Source: Chlamydiia bacterium | GTDB taxonomy: Bacteria; Chlamydiota; Chlamydiia; Chlamydiales; JBMOFD01 | DNA length: 34,481 bases | Direction: 5' to 3' | Assembly: GCA_049314435.1 (NCBI GenBank) | Contig: JBMOFD010000011.1 | Coordinates: 1-34,481, forward strand | Shown: one piece after another, positions 7,916-16,944 of the stretch | Layout: the number at the start of each line of letters is the position of its first letter | How positions within the stretch are numbered: the first letter of the stretch is position 1 | Program-made: the position numbers and the translations under genes | Notes under the pieces: model-generated | The model's database searches: none | Told to the model about the DNA's origin: nothing | What the model saw: only the letters and a program-made list of their open reading frames with translations

Positions 7916-9544
7916 ATGCAACAGCATTACGAAGAATACACAGAGTCACAACGTCGACTCCTTGATCGCTTTGTCACGAATACAAATTCGAATGTCTTCG
8001 TGCTGCGCAATCTCCCTGAAGTCATTAAGGGAGCTCTCTTTTCTAGGTACAGCCGCTCGACCCTAGGGTTGAGGTCGCTGTTACTCCGAGAGTTCATCCA
8101 AAATGATGAGACAGCCTTTCAAGCGATCCTTGGCTCATTGCCCTCTGAGAATGCGGAAGAGCAGGTCCTCGCCATCCGTAAGGCGCAGAACTTTTACGAC
8201 CGCATTTTGGACGGGTATGGAGATGACTCCATTGGTGAGCTGGGCGGAGCCCACCTGGCTATGGAGAACATCTCGATGTTGGCGGCCAAAAGCGTAGAGG
8301 ATGTGCGGCTGGGTGGCTCCCCTCTTGAGAAATCGACGAGGTATATCTACTTCGATCAGAAGGTGCACGATCAGTACCTCTTCTATCGCGAGCCGGTGCT
8401 GATGACCTCAGCCTATCGGAATCTCTATGTCGACACCTGTGACATGCTCTTTGATACATATAGCAGATTGATTCCCGAGCTCACAGAGGTGCTTCAGGAG
8501 AGATATCCACGCGAAGCCGAAGTCTCGAAGGTCGCCTATACATCGGCGTTGAGGGCCAAGGTCCTCGACTGTCTGAGGGGCCTGTTGCCAGCCTCTACGC
8601 TGACGAATGTCGGTGTGTTTGGCAATGGACGATTCTTCGAGCATCTGCTGCAGAAGTTGCAGGCAGAGAGCCTTGCTGAGATGCAGGAGCTGGGCCGACG
8701 TAGCTATGAAGAGCTTTCGATGGTGATCCCGAGCTTTGTGCGCCGGGCCGATCCGAACCATCGCCACTTTCAGGCCTTCGCGAAGTTTGCGGAGACGATG
8801 AAGGGCGACCTGCTAGCCGCGGCGCAGATCTTCGAAGAGGTGGCTGAACCCATGAAAAAGCCGGGAGTCCGGCTGATCCAGTGGGACGAGCATGGACCTC
8901 AGCGGGTTGCTGGTGCCCTCCTCTTTCCCTTTGGTGAAGCGGGTCTGCAAGAGCTTGACCACTACATGGAGAGGATCCCCGATGAAGACCTGGCTCGGAT
9001 CCTAGAGGCCGCTGCGAGTGCAAGAGAGAATCGGCGTCATAAATCACCTCGTGCCCTGGAGCACTCTCACTTCACCTTTGAGATCATTGCTGACTTCGGG
9101 TGTTACCGGGATCTGCAAAGACACCGTGTGTTGACGCAGGATAGGCAACTGCTGGGATGTCGCTACGGGTATCAGGTGCCTGCCGAGCTGGTAGGTCTTC
9201 CCATGGAAGAGGAATATTGCCGAGCTCTAGAGAAGGCGCAGCAGGTCTGGGAACTGATTGCTGGAGACCTCCCCGAGGAAGCTCAGTATGTGGTCCCCAT
9301 GGCCTTCAATGTCCATTGGTATTTCCATATCGATCTAAGAGCTCTCCAGTGGCTCTGTGAGCTGCGATCTCAGCCTCAGGGACATCCTAACTATCGATTG
9401 ATTGCACAGCAGATGGCCAGGAGTGTGGCCGAGGTGCAACCGCAGTTCGAGCGGTTCTTCAAGTTCGTGGACTTCGATGGCTATGAGATGGGGCGATTCC
9501 AGCAGGAAGTGCGACGCGTAGCCAGGACCCAAGGAAAGGCCTAG
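7916..9544 (+). CDS. thyX: FAD-dependent thymidylate synthase, double-domain chlamydial type
   Basis: 542 aa with GYGDDSIGEL, SPLEKSTRY and RDLQRHR; divergent from hemB. Confidence 0.9.
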   Translation: MQQHYEEYTESQRRLLDRFVTNTNSNVFVLRNLPEVIKGALFSRYSRSTLGLRSLLLREFIQNDETAFQAILGSLPSENAEEQVLAIRKAQNFYDRILDGYGDDSIGELGGAHLAMENISMLAAKSVEDVRLGGSPLEKSTRYIYFDQKVHDQYLFYREPVLMTSAYRNLYVDTCDMLFDTYSRLIPELTEVLQERYPREAEVSKVAYTSALRAKVLDCLRGLLPASTLTNVGVFGNGRFFEHLLQKLQAESLAEMQELGRRSYEELSMVIPSFVRRADPNHRHFQAFAKFAETMKGDLLAAAQIFEEVAEPMKKPGVRLIQWDEHGPQRVAGALLFPFGEAGLQELDHYMERIPDEDLARILEAAASARENRRHKSPRALEHSHFTFEIIADFGCYRDLQRHRVLTQDRQLLGCRYGYQVPAELVGLPMEEEYCRALEKAQQVWELIAGDLPEEAQYVVPMAFNVHWYFHIDLRALQWLCELRSQPQGHPNYRLIAQQMARSVAEVQPQFERFFKFVDFDGYEMGRFQQEVRRVARTQGKA

Positions 9545-9683
9545 CCTCTGAGGAATTTGGAGGAAAGCTGAACCTTATGGAACCGTGGCTTGTTTCTCAT
9601 TCAAAATGAATTATCTTCGTCTATTTGTTCTTTTTTGTTAATCCATGGTAGTGTGTAGCCCGTTTTTTTAAACAGGTTGCACA

Positions 9684-11357
9684 GTGAGTTATAGTTCAGT
9701 TTCAGCCCTCTCCGATCGGGTCCTCACCTATGTAGCTGAACGCGCGTATCGACAAACCGAAGAACTCATCGCTGTGTTTACAGATCCCTTAGAGAGTCCT
9801 CGCGAGGAGGCTCCTGAGCTGGGGTGTTTATGGTGCCCGCGTGGGAGTTCATTTCGTCATGTGAAGCGTAAACTTCGCCCAGAACAGAAGGGGGCTGTTT
9901 CAAAAATTGTAGAGGGGTTGCGGAGAAGGGATGAGGGAGCGTTTTTGATTGGGGGTGCATACAAGTGTTCTTGGCGCAGACTGACTCGCGATCTGGAGAT
10001 TCCAAAGGCACTTAAGGAGTCAATAGAGGGTTGTTGGAAGAGACTCTATCCTACGGGCGATCCGCAAACAGACCGTCGCTTCAAAGTCACCATGACGGTG
10101 GAGTGGATCGCCATGGAAAGGATAGTGAATAAAGAGAGCCGAGCTCGTGGTGCGAACAGCTCTTTCCATCCCGCGGTGGTGATCACGGACGAGGCGGTGT
10201 ATGGAGGTCTGGCCATGATGTGTCTACGACCAGGGAATCTTACCGACCGCAGTGTCTGGGAGCTGTTCAGGAAAAGTCATCGGCAGTTACTGGCTAGCGG
10301 AGTCTATCAGCCGATCGGAGCCATGGGCGAGATTGGGGAGCTGATGCACAGTGGCCGCGAAAAGCTGTGGAGGAGTCTCTATTATCTGGTGGAAGAGGCC
10401 CTGTGCCCTGGTGATCGTTGGATGGAGGAGGTGAGGAGGAGCGTAAATTTGCTGGGGCGTGAGCTGTGCCCTGCCGAGAGGCAGCTGCTTCCCGCTGCAC
10501 AACGTCTTCTTGCTATGCAGACGATGTTGGGGCTAGCCGAGGTGTCACTGGAAGTGTGCAGGAGGAGGGTCTGCCATCAGGACTATAAAGATTCGAATTT
10601 TCTGATGGCGGTCAACCGAAGAATCGAGGAGGGATCAGATGGTGGACAGTCCATCTCTCCCTATTGGATCGATTTTGAACGTATGGTGAAAGAGGATGAG
10701 CTCTACGGTAACGATCGTTGGTACGGTACTCACGAGCTCGCTCATCCCGGCGAATTAGCTGACATCGCCGCATCTGAATTTGCGATAGCAAAGAAAGAGG
10801 CAGAAATTAAGGAAAGGTCTTTGGGATGTCTTGGAGAGGAGGCGCTGGGGGTCGTCTTGGAGAGTCTGACGACCGCTGTACCCACAGCTTCGGACCAAAT
10901 TTGTCTTCCGTTCCTCGAGACAGCCAACCACCCCGATGCTCCTGAGAGAAACAGATGGCGAGAACGCTTTGAACTGTATCGCTTAGGGGTCACGTTCTTT
11001 GAGATTCTTTGGGTCACAGAGAATATTTCGGGGGCATTTTGGACCGGCTTTAAGGAGGTGTTTACGACCACCAGCTTTGACGCCAATGGTTACCACGCGT
11101 GGAGAATGGCGCATGTGAGGCGCATTGAGAATCAGATGCAGGGGAGCTGGAGGGGGCCACGTGAAGAGGGGTTCTGTCGTCTGATTCTGCGGATGATCGA
11201 CCCATCGCGGGAGAATACCCTGACGATGGAGGAGGTGGTAGTAGAGATGAGAGAGCTCCTGTCTAAAGAGGTCGAAGCGGAGACCCCAAGCGAACCATTC
11301 CAAGGGCTCAATGGCGTGTTGAGGTACCTGCTTGAGGTGTTTCAGCCATTTCAATGA
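9684..11357 (+). CDS. Atypical protein-kinase-fold protein, paralog 1 of tandem array
   Basis: HQDYKDSNF (HxDxKxxN), IDFE, WYGTHELAHP, ELYRLGVTFFEIL, LILRMIDP. Degenerate N-lobe. Confidence 0.8.
   Translation: MSYSSVSALSDRVLTYVAERAYRQTEELIAVFTDPLESPREEAPELGCLWCPRGSSFRHVKRKLRPEQKGAVSKIVEGLRRRDEGAFLIGGAYKCSWRRLTRDLEIPKALKESIEGCWKRLYPTGDPQTDRRFKVTMTVEWIAMERIVNKESRARGANSSFHPAVVITDEAVYGGLAMMCLRPGNLTDRSVWELFRKSHRQLLASGVYQPIGAMGEIGELMHSGREKLWRSLYYLVEEALCPGDRWMEEVRRSVNLLGRELCPAERQLLPAAQRLLAMQTMLGLAEVSLEVCRRRVCHQDYKDSNFLMAVNRRIEEGSDGGQSISPYWIDFERMVKEDELYGNDRWYGTHELAHPGELADIAASEFAIAKKEAEIKERSLGCLGEEALGVVLESLTTAVPTASDQICLPFLETANHPDAPERNRWRERFELYRLGVTFFEILWVTENISGAFWTGFKEVFTTTSFDANGYHAWRMAHVRRIENQMQGSWRGPREEGFCRLILRMIDPSRENTLTMEEVVVEMRELLSKEVEAETPSEPFQGLNGVLRYLLEVFQPFQ
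10059..10228 (+). repeat. 170-bp exact direct repeat (second copy 11920..12089) inside kinase paralogs 1 and 2
   Basis: GATCCGCAAACAGACC...GGCCATGATGTGTCTACG is identical at both positions (offset 1861) while the flanks are diverged. Confidence 0.9.
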
Positions 11358-11489
11358 AGTGCTCCGCAGTGAGCCTTTCAGTCAGCGGAATGACCGGACT
11401 TTAGGCAGAGCCTTATAGGGTGCTGGTTCTGCTCATTCTAGAATTGTTCACAATTGTTCGATTTGATCCGTTCGTTTTCTAATTGTATT

Positions 11490-11518
11490 TTGTCTTTTTT
11501 GTTTGCCTGTGGTAATGT
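11490..11518 (+). promoter_or_regulatory. Putative sigma66 promoter of kinase paralog 2 (homologous element at 9625-9654 for paralog 1)
   Basis: TTGTCT-N17-TAATGT with an upstream TG. Paralog 1 has TTGTTC-N18-TAGTGT. Both are followed by GTAGCCCGTTTTTTT. Confidence 0.5.
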
Positions 11519-11547
11519 GTAGCCCGTTTTTTTGAACAGGCCGCACA

Positions 11548-13233
11548 GTGAGTTATAGTTCAGTTTCAGCACTTTCCAATCGAGTTCTCACTTATGTGGG
11601 GGAACGGGCGCATCGACAAACCGAAGATGTCATTGAATTATTTACTGATCCCCTGGAGAGTCCTCGCGAAGAGGCTCCTGAGCTGGGGTGTTTGTGGTGC
11701 CCGCGTGGGAGTTCGTTTCGTCATGTGAAGCGTAAACTCGATCCAGACCAAAAAGGAGCCGTATCAAAAGTTGTAAAAGGGCTGCTGAGGTTTGACTCAA
11801 CGTTGTTGCAGGGGAGTGGATACAAGTGCTCGTGGCGAAGACTGAATCGCATGGTGAAGATCCCGTCGGAACTTAAGGGTGCAATAGAGGCTTGTTGGCG
11901 GAAACTCTATCCAATGGCTGATCCGCAAACAGACCGTCGCTTCAAAGTCACCATGACGGTGGAGTGGATCGCCATGGAAAGGATAGTGAATAAAGAGAGC
12001 CGAGCTCGTGGTGCGAACAGCTCTTTCCATCCCGCGGTGGTGATCACGGACGAGGCGGTGTATGGAGGTCTGGCCATGATGTGTCTACGCCCCCAAAATC
12101 TTACAGACCTTTCCGTCTGGGAGATGTTCAAGAAAAGTCATAGGCAGTTGCTGGCTAGCGGAGTCTATCAGCCGATCGGAGCCATGAGCGAAGTTGGGCA
12201 GCTGATGCACCAGAGCCCTAATAAGCGTTGGAGCAGTCTCTATTACCTAGTTGAGGAGGCCTTGTGCCCTGGTCACCAGTGGATCGGTGAGGTGAGGGTG
12301 GGCGCAGAGGCGCTGACGCCTGAGCTGTCCTATGATGACGGCCAGCTGCTCCCCGCCGCTCAACGCCTTCTTGCCATGCGAACCATGTTGGGGTTGGCAG
12401 AGGTGTCACTAGAAGTCTGGAAGCAGAGGATTTGTCATCAGGATTATAAGACTTCGAATTTTCTGATGACGGTGAACCGACGAGCCGGGGAGGGATCGGA
12501 CGGTGGACAGTCTATCGTCCCCTATTGGATCGATTTTGAGCGGGCGGCCAGAGGGGATGAGCGCTATGGCGACGATCATTGGTATGGGACCTACGCGTTT
12601 GCTCATCCCCTCGAATTAGCTGACATCGCCGAATACGAGGGTGCAGTAGCCAAGAGAGAGAAGGAAGTTGAGGAGAAGAGTTCGGCCTGTGGCGGGGACG
12701 AAAAGCTAGAAGTCGTTTGGGAGTGTGTGACGACGGCGGTATCGACAGCTTTAGACCAAAGCTGTCTTGCATTCCCGGAGACAGCCAATCACCTCGATGC
12801 TGCTGAAAGAATGCGGTGGCGAGAACGCTTTGAGGTGTATCGCGTAGGGGTCACGTTCTTTCAGCTTCTTTGGCAAACAGAGAGTTATTCAGGTTCATTT
12901 TGGACCTACTTTGATCGAGTATTTACGACCACCACCTTTGACTCCGCTGGTTATGGGGAGTGGATGGGAGTGCATACCAGGCGCATCGAATGGTGGATGC
13001 ATAGGAGCTGGAGTGACCCACGTGAACAGGGATTCTGTCGTCTGATCCTGCAGATGATCGACTCGTCAGAGGAGAATACACTCACGATGGAGGAAGTTGT
13101 CGCGGAGATGAGGAAGCTTCTGTCAGAAGAAGTAGAAGAGGAAACTCCAAACGACACGCCACAAGATCTCAATCAGGTGATCACGTACCTCATTGAAGCG
13201 TTTCGGCCATTCCAATGCAGCGGTCCGCAATGA
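11548..13233 (+). CDS. Atypical protein-kinase-fold protein, paralog 2
   Basis: Colinear with paralog 1; HQDYKTSNF, IDFE, WYGTYAFAHP, EVYRVGVTFFQLL. Confidence 0.8.
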   Translation: MSYSSVSALSNRVLTYVGERAHRQTEDVIELFTDPLESPREEAPELGCLWCPRGSSFRHVKRKLDPDQKGAVSKVVKGLLRFDSTLLQGSGYKCSWRRLNRMVKIPSELKGAIEACWRKLYPMADPQTDRRFKVTMTVEWIAMERIVNKESRARGANSSFHPAVVITDEAVYGGLAMMCLRPQNLTDLSVWEMFKKSHRQLLASGVYQPIGAMSEVGQLMHQSPNKRWSSLYYLVEEALCPGHQWIGEVRVGAEALTPELSYDDGQLLPAAQRLLAMRTMLGLAEVSLEVWKQRICHQDYKTSNFLMTVNRRAGEGSDGGQSIVPYWIDFERAARGDERYGDDHWYGTYAFAHPLELADIAEYEGAVAKREKEVEEKSSACGGDEKLEVVWECVTTAVSTALDQSCLAFPETANHLDAAERMRWRERFEVYRVGVTFFQLLWQTESYSGSFWTYFDRVFTTTTFDSAGYGEWMGVHTRRIEWWMHRSWSDPREQGFCRLILQMIDSSEENTLTMEEVVAEMRKLLSEEVEEETPNDTPQDLNQVITYLIEAFRPFQCSGPQ

Positions 13234-14774
13234 GCCTTTCAGTTAGGGGAATAGCGGTTCAGATGATGGGAGCCGTGGCGTGCGGAGAGCAAGCGGCCAC
13301 CGAACGGCAACTGAAGCCATTTTGTGGGTCATCTGAGCGTGCCCACGACCAAGGAGAAGAGTTGCGATTTCTCAAGTCGTCTCATGGGCGCCCGCCTTAC
13401 TATGTCAGTCGCCGGCTTGAAGACGATCTGAGCGGTGCTGTGTCAGAGGTCGTTCAGCAGGTGCTCAAGAAAAAGGGGCCAGAATTCCTCAAACGTGGTC
13501 CATACAAATGTTCGTGGAAGCACCTTCTAGACTTAGTTGAACTCAGACCAGCCCTTCGTGAAGCTGTAGAGGCCTTTTGGAGGAGTCGTCAACCGGACAT
13601 CGATCCTAAGCAGGTGCGCGGTTGTAAGGTCACCCTTGCGAAGGACTGGATCGGGTTGGAGACCATCCTAAAAAAGAATAATAAGTCAGTAGGAGCCATC
13701 AGCTCGGCTCATCCGCTTGTGCTGCTGACCAATGCCAGTGTGGTGGGTGGCCTCATTCTCATGAGTTTGCGCAAGCGGCACAGCGGAGATGAGAAGGCCA
13801 TGGAATCATTTGCCGTGAACCGAGACAGACTGCGTGGTAGCGGGGCAAAAGGCTGTCAGAGCGTGCCTGCCATGAGCGGGAGGGGCGAGCTCCGGCATGA
13901 AGGTCCCGAAGGGGAATGGTTTAGTAGCTACTACATGGCGGAAGAGGCCTACTGTGATGGTCGTCAATGGATCCATAACCTGACAGTATGGGTGCAGAAG
14001 AGCCTGAAGAGTGCCGCTAACGTAGCTGATGTAGGATCTGAAAGAATCGTCGCACAGATGCCAGCTGTGGGCCGCTTTCTACTGATGAAGACAGCGCTGG
14101 AACTGGCAAAGAGCGTTAACCAGCTGCACAAGAGGGGGACCACGCATGGGGACTATAAGCCTGAGAACTTCCTCGTCATGGTTCAGCGCAGGACAGTAAG
14201 CGGCTGCGAGGCTGGTTTCCCGGCTGTGTGTGTATGTGACTTTGATCGGGCAGTCCACCCGGACGAGTCGTATGGAGAGTACAACTATGGCGCTTACCCG
14301 TTTGCGCATCCTGAAGAGTTGGCTTGCATAGCCGCGTGGATTGAGGCGATGGGGAAGGGAGGCTCTGACATCGAGTTCGGTGAGACGGCTAATCATCCTG
14401 ACGCGGTAGAGAAGGCTCGCTGGCGGCAGAAGTTTGAGGTGTTTCGCTTTGGTATGATGCTCTATCGCATGATGCTATATCAGGTATCCCTCGAGGGGTT
14501 CGTGGAGGGTTTTGCCGATGCCTTTAGCATAGATGGAGAGGTTTTTTTCAAACGAGAGTCGTATGGCCGTTGGTTAGGGGTCCACAGAGCCCGAGTTCGC
14601 CAATGGACGGAGGGGGACGGGCCGTGGACCAGCCTGCGAGAAGCTGAGTTTTGTGAGCTCCTACTTCAGATGATCGACCCAGAAGGGCCATCGGTGACCA
14701 TGAAAGAGGTGGCAGCTGGCATGGAGGGGCTGTTGGCTCCAGACATAGGCGACCCAGCAGTAGACGGCTTTTAG
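13230..14774 (+). CDS. Atypical protein-kinase-fold protein, paralog 3 (more divergent); ATGA-coupled to paralog 2
   Basis: GPYKCSW, HGDYKPENF, CDFD, YGAYPFAHPEELA, ETANHPDA, FEVFRFG, LLLQMIDP. ATG 13230 overlaps the TGA of paralog 2. Confidence 0.8.
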   Translation: MSLSVRGIAVQMMGAVACGEQAATERQLKPFCGSSERAHDQGEELRFLKSSHGRPPYYVSRRLEDDLSGAVSEVVQQVLKKKGPEFLKRGPYKCSWKHLLDLVELRPALREAVEAFWRSRQPDIDPKQVRGCKVTLAKDWIGLETILKKNNKSVGAISSAHPLVLLTNASVVGGLILMSLRKRHSGDEKAMESFAVNRDRLRGSGAKGCQSVPAMSGRGELRHEGPEGEWFSSYYMAEEAYCDGRQWIHNLTVWVQKSLKSAANVADVGSERIVAQMPAVGRFLLMKTALELAKSVNQLHKRGTTHGDYKPENFLVMVQRRTVSGCEAGFPAVCVCDFDRAVHPDESYGEYNYGAYPFAHPEELACIAAWIEAMGKGGSDIEFGETANHPDAVEKARWRQKFEVFRFGMMLYRMMLYQVSLEGFVEGFADAFSIDGEVFFKRESYGRWLGVHRARVRQWTEGDGPWTSLREAEFCELLLQMIDPEGPSVTMKEVAAGMEGLLAPDIGDPAVDGF

Positions 14775-14787
14775 GTCATTACCTAAC

Positions 14788-14842
14788 AGGTGGTCTGGAG
14801 GATGACCATCCTCCAGCGGGGTGTGGGGCAGCGCCCCACCTA
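14788..14842. repeat. Dispersed double-hairpin element, copy B
   Basis: AGGTGGT-CTGGAGGAT/GACC/ATCCTCCAG-CGGGGT-GTGGGGC/AGC/GCCCCAC-CTA between convergent genes. Confidence 0.85.
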
Positions 14843-14843
14843 G

Positions 14844-16643
14844 CTACTGAGCGCCTGCGTACTTGTCGTTCTTGCTGAGATTGAGCAGGAATTGGCACTG
14901 GGTGCTTAAGGCATCCATTAACTGATCATTCGTGTTCAGTGCCTCTGCGAGTGGGGAGGCTCCTCGTTGGGCTTCTGGGATGGCATAGAATTGCTCTCGA
15001 AGAGTGGAGGTTGTCTCTTTGAGCTGGGCATACTCGTCATCATAGGTCTTTTTGATCCTTGTAATGAGAGCGCTCGCAGCTTCCTTGGGATGGCTGTTGA
15101 AGGAGCGCTGTAGATCCTGGAATAAAGCTTGCTGCGCACTCCCGACGCCAAAGTCTCCGAGCGCATTCTTCCCTTCCCTTTTGAGGAGCTGATTGAAGCT
15201 AGTCACCACCCAGTCCGAGGCATGTCCTTCTTTTCTGGCGGTCTCGGTGCGGGTGCTGAGACCCTTGGCTAGTTTGTTCAGGAGAGCCACGGTGACTTCT
15301 AGTCGTTGAGCGGCCTTTGGGTCCCTTGAGCGGCTGGCTACCGTCACCAGTTCGTCTTGGTCCCGATTGGATAGGTGGGTTAAGAGTTCCGCGTCACTTT
15401 CTGGCGTTGGATTTGGGCCACGCTGTTTGGTGATTTCCTCGAGAAGATCCCTGCGGATACCAGCAGCAGCAATCTTTGTTTCTGCGTCGCCGACCAGGCT
15501 ACTTAGGTCGTCCGTCAACGCACTACGGCCTCGTCGTAGGGCAAAGGTCTTCTCGAGTTCCGTGGCTCCAGCCATAGGAGCTGATGAGGTTCCGACTGAG
15601 GATGATTCCTGGAGGCGACTTGGGGCGACCCGGGTGGGTGCCGCAGGGGCCTCGTGGGGTAAGGGGGGTAAGGCTCGTTGCTTGACCTCTTCTGAGCCTA
15701 GAGTGCCCCTGCGCTTGGTGGTGGCGGCTATGGCGATCCTTCCCCAGAGATTATCCTGATCCGGTTTGGCAGGATGAGCCCGGCCTTGTAGGGAGAGATC
15801 CTGGTCTACAGCCTCTTCAACCGCCTGCCCAAAGCCTCCCGCTCCTAGGAGGCACTTGGCGAGTTGTGGTGCAATCTGATCGATATGGTCAGAGAAGTCT
15901 TGGCCGGCATTGCGATAGGCCCGCTCGATGCGCTCTGCTCGTTCTTTTAAGACGGCATTTGCTGGTGCAGCCGACGTGACCATGGTTTGCACTCGGTCGA
16001 TCACCCCGCCCTGATTACGATCTCGACTGAAGGACTGAGCTGCTCGTAACTGCAGCTGAGCGGCGTTGAGGGCAAAGTTCATGAGCTGATCTGGGAGCAG
16101 AATGCCGAGCTCATTGCGGGCGAGTGCAGAGGACTCCTGGCTCACGACGGCGATCGCATCCAGATAGGGCGTCTTGCTCCCCATTTCGCGTTCCTTGAGT
16201 CCTAGGACTAGACCATCCGTCGGCGTCGCCTTGGGGGTGAAGAGCACGGTGGTGACCCCATTCACCTTCTTTTCCTCGAGTTTGGGGTCGGAGAATTTCT
16301 TTTCAGACTTCCCAACCTTCCCCGCTTCGCCGGTTTCCGGATCACGGGCCAGGAATTGCACTCGCCTTTCACCCTCACGGCGTCGGGCTTGAAGCTTCTG
16401 CATCAACGAGGCCTGGGCTGCTGCGTCTGTGAGATCCCACCCTGGGACTCCACATAACCACTCGAGGGCTGTCGCAGCAATATCCTCATCGCGGCTGTTT
16501 AGTTCCGCCATATTGACGACGTTCTCGTACCAGGAGGGACTTAACCTGGCCTGCGTCTCAACTGGTTCATCCTTCTTGTTGGCAAGCTGAAGGTTATACA
16601 GCGGTCTTTCTGGTGTGCTGGGAGGGCGACTTGGGGATACCAT
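14844..16643 (-). CDS. Hypothetical largely helical protein with Ser/Pro-rich N-terminus and RALPPLP motif; candidate T3S effector
   Basis: 599-aa ORF starting MVSPSRPPSTPERP, no signal peptide or TM seen, central low-complexity linker. Confidence 0.8.
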   Translation of the reverse strand: MVSPSRPPSTPERPLYNLQLANKKDEPVETQARLSPSWYENVVNMAELNSRDEDIAATALEWLCGVPGWDLTDAAAQASLMQKLQARRREGERRVQFLARDPETGEAGKVGKSEKKFSDPKLEEKKVNGVTTVLFTPKATPTDGLVLGLKEREMGSKTPYLDAIAVVSQESSALARNELGILLPDQLMNFALNAAQLQLRAAQSFSRDRNQGGVIDRVQTMVTSAAPANAVLKERAERIERAYRNAGQDFSDHIDQIAPQLAKCLLGAGGFGQAVEEAVDQDLSLQGRAHPAKPDQDNLWGRIAIAATTKRRGTLGSEEVKQRALPPLPHEAPAAPTRVAPSRLQESSSVGTSSAPMAGATELEKTFALRRGRSALTDDLSSLVGDAETKIAAAGIRRDLLEEITKQRGPNPTPESDAELLTHLSNRDQDELVTVASRSRDPKAAQRLEVTVALLNKLAKGLSTRTETARKEGHASDWVVTSFNQLLKREGKNALGDFGVGSAQQALFQDLQRSFNSHPKEAASALITRIKKTYDDEYAQLKETTSTLREQFYAIPEAQRGASPLAEALNTNDQLMDALSTQCQFLLNLSKNDKYAGAQ

Positions 16644-16671
16644 ATGAGAGCACTCGTAAGTAATTATTAAT

Positions 16672-16703
16672 AATATTTAACTATTCGCCGATAGTTAAAT
16701 ATT
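16672..16703. promoter_or_regulatory. 13-bp perfect AT-rich inverted repeat; candidate operator
   Basis: AATATTTAACTAT-tcgccg-ATAGTTAAATATT, 28 bp upstream of the 16643 start and just upstream of a divergent promoter-like motif. Confidence 0.55.
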
Positions 16704-16776
16704 TTGCAATCGGAGCCATTTGAGCTCTTTGATTCCTTTGACTACCATCTATAGCCATTTGTCATGGAGGGGTGGA

Positions 16777-16944
16777 ATGAACAGTTCTGTGATACGGCTG
16801 GCTAATCAGATCATGAATGAGGCTATCGTCTCCATGCAGCACGGATGGGAAGCCAGTGTGTATCCGTTTCAGGCTTCAGAGCAGGCTGGTCGGGAGGAGG
16901 GCCCTGAGCTGGCCCAGCTGCGGTCGCCCGGTGGGGCAGGATGA
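16777..16944 (+). pseudogene. N-terminal-only (55 aa) fourth member of the tandem kinase family; relic or small protein
   Basis: MNSSVIRLANQIM...E.....PF...[15 protein letters not shown] aligns without internal gaps to the N-termini of the three paralogs. Preceded by TTGAGC-N17-TACCAT (16720-16748) and GGAGG. Confidence 0.7.

Noticed and set aside
9575..9600. Sigma54 promoter upstream of the kinase array
   Set aside because: TGGC is present but there is no correctly spaced TTGC -12 element.
11355..11357. TGA aligned with a Cys codon in paralog 2 (selenocysteine read-through?)
   Set aside because: It is only five codons from the ancestral stop, with no redox motif and no evident SECIS hairpin; a simple nonsense change explains it.
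9684..13233. Diversity-generating retroelement TR/VR pair
   Set aside because: No reverse transcriptase in the window; differences are not adenine-specific and span whole genes.
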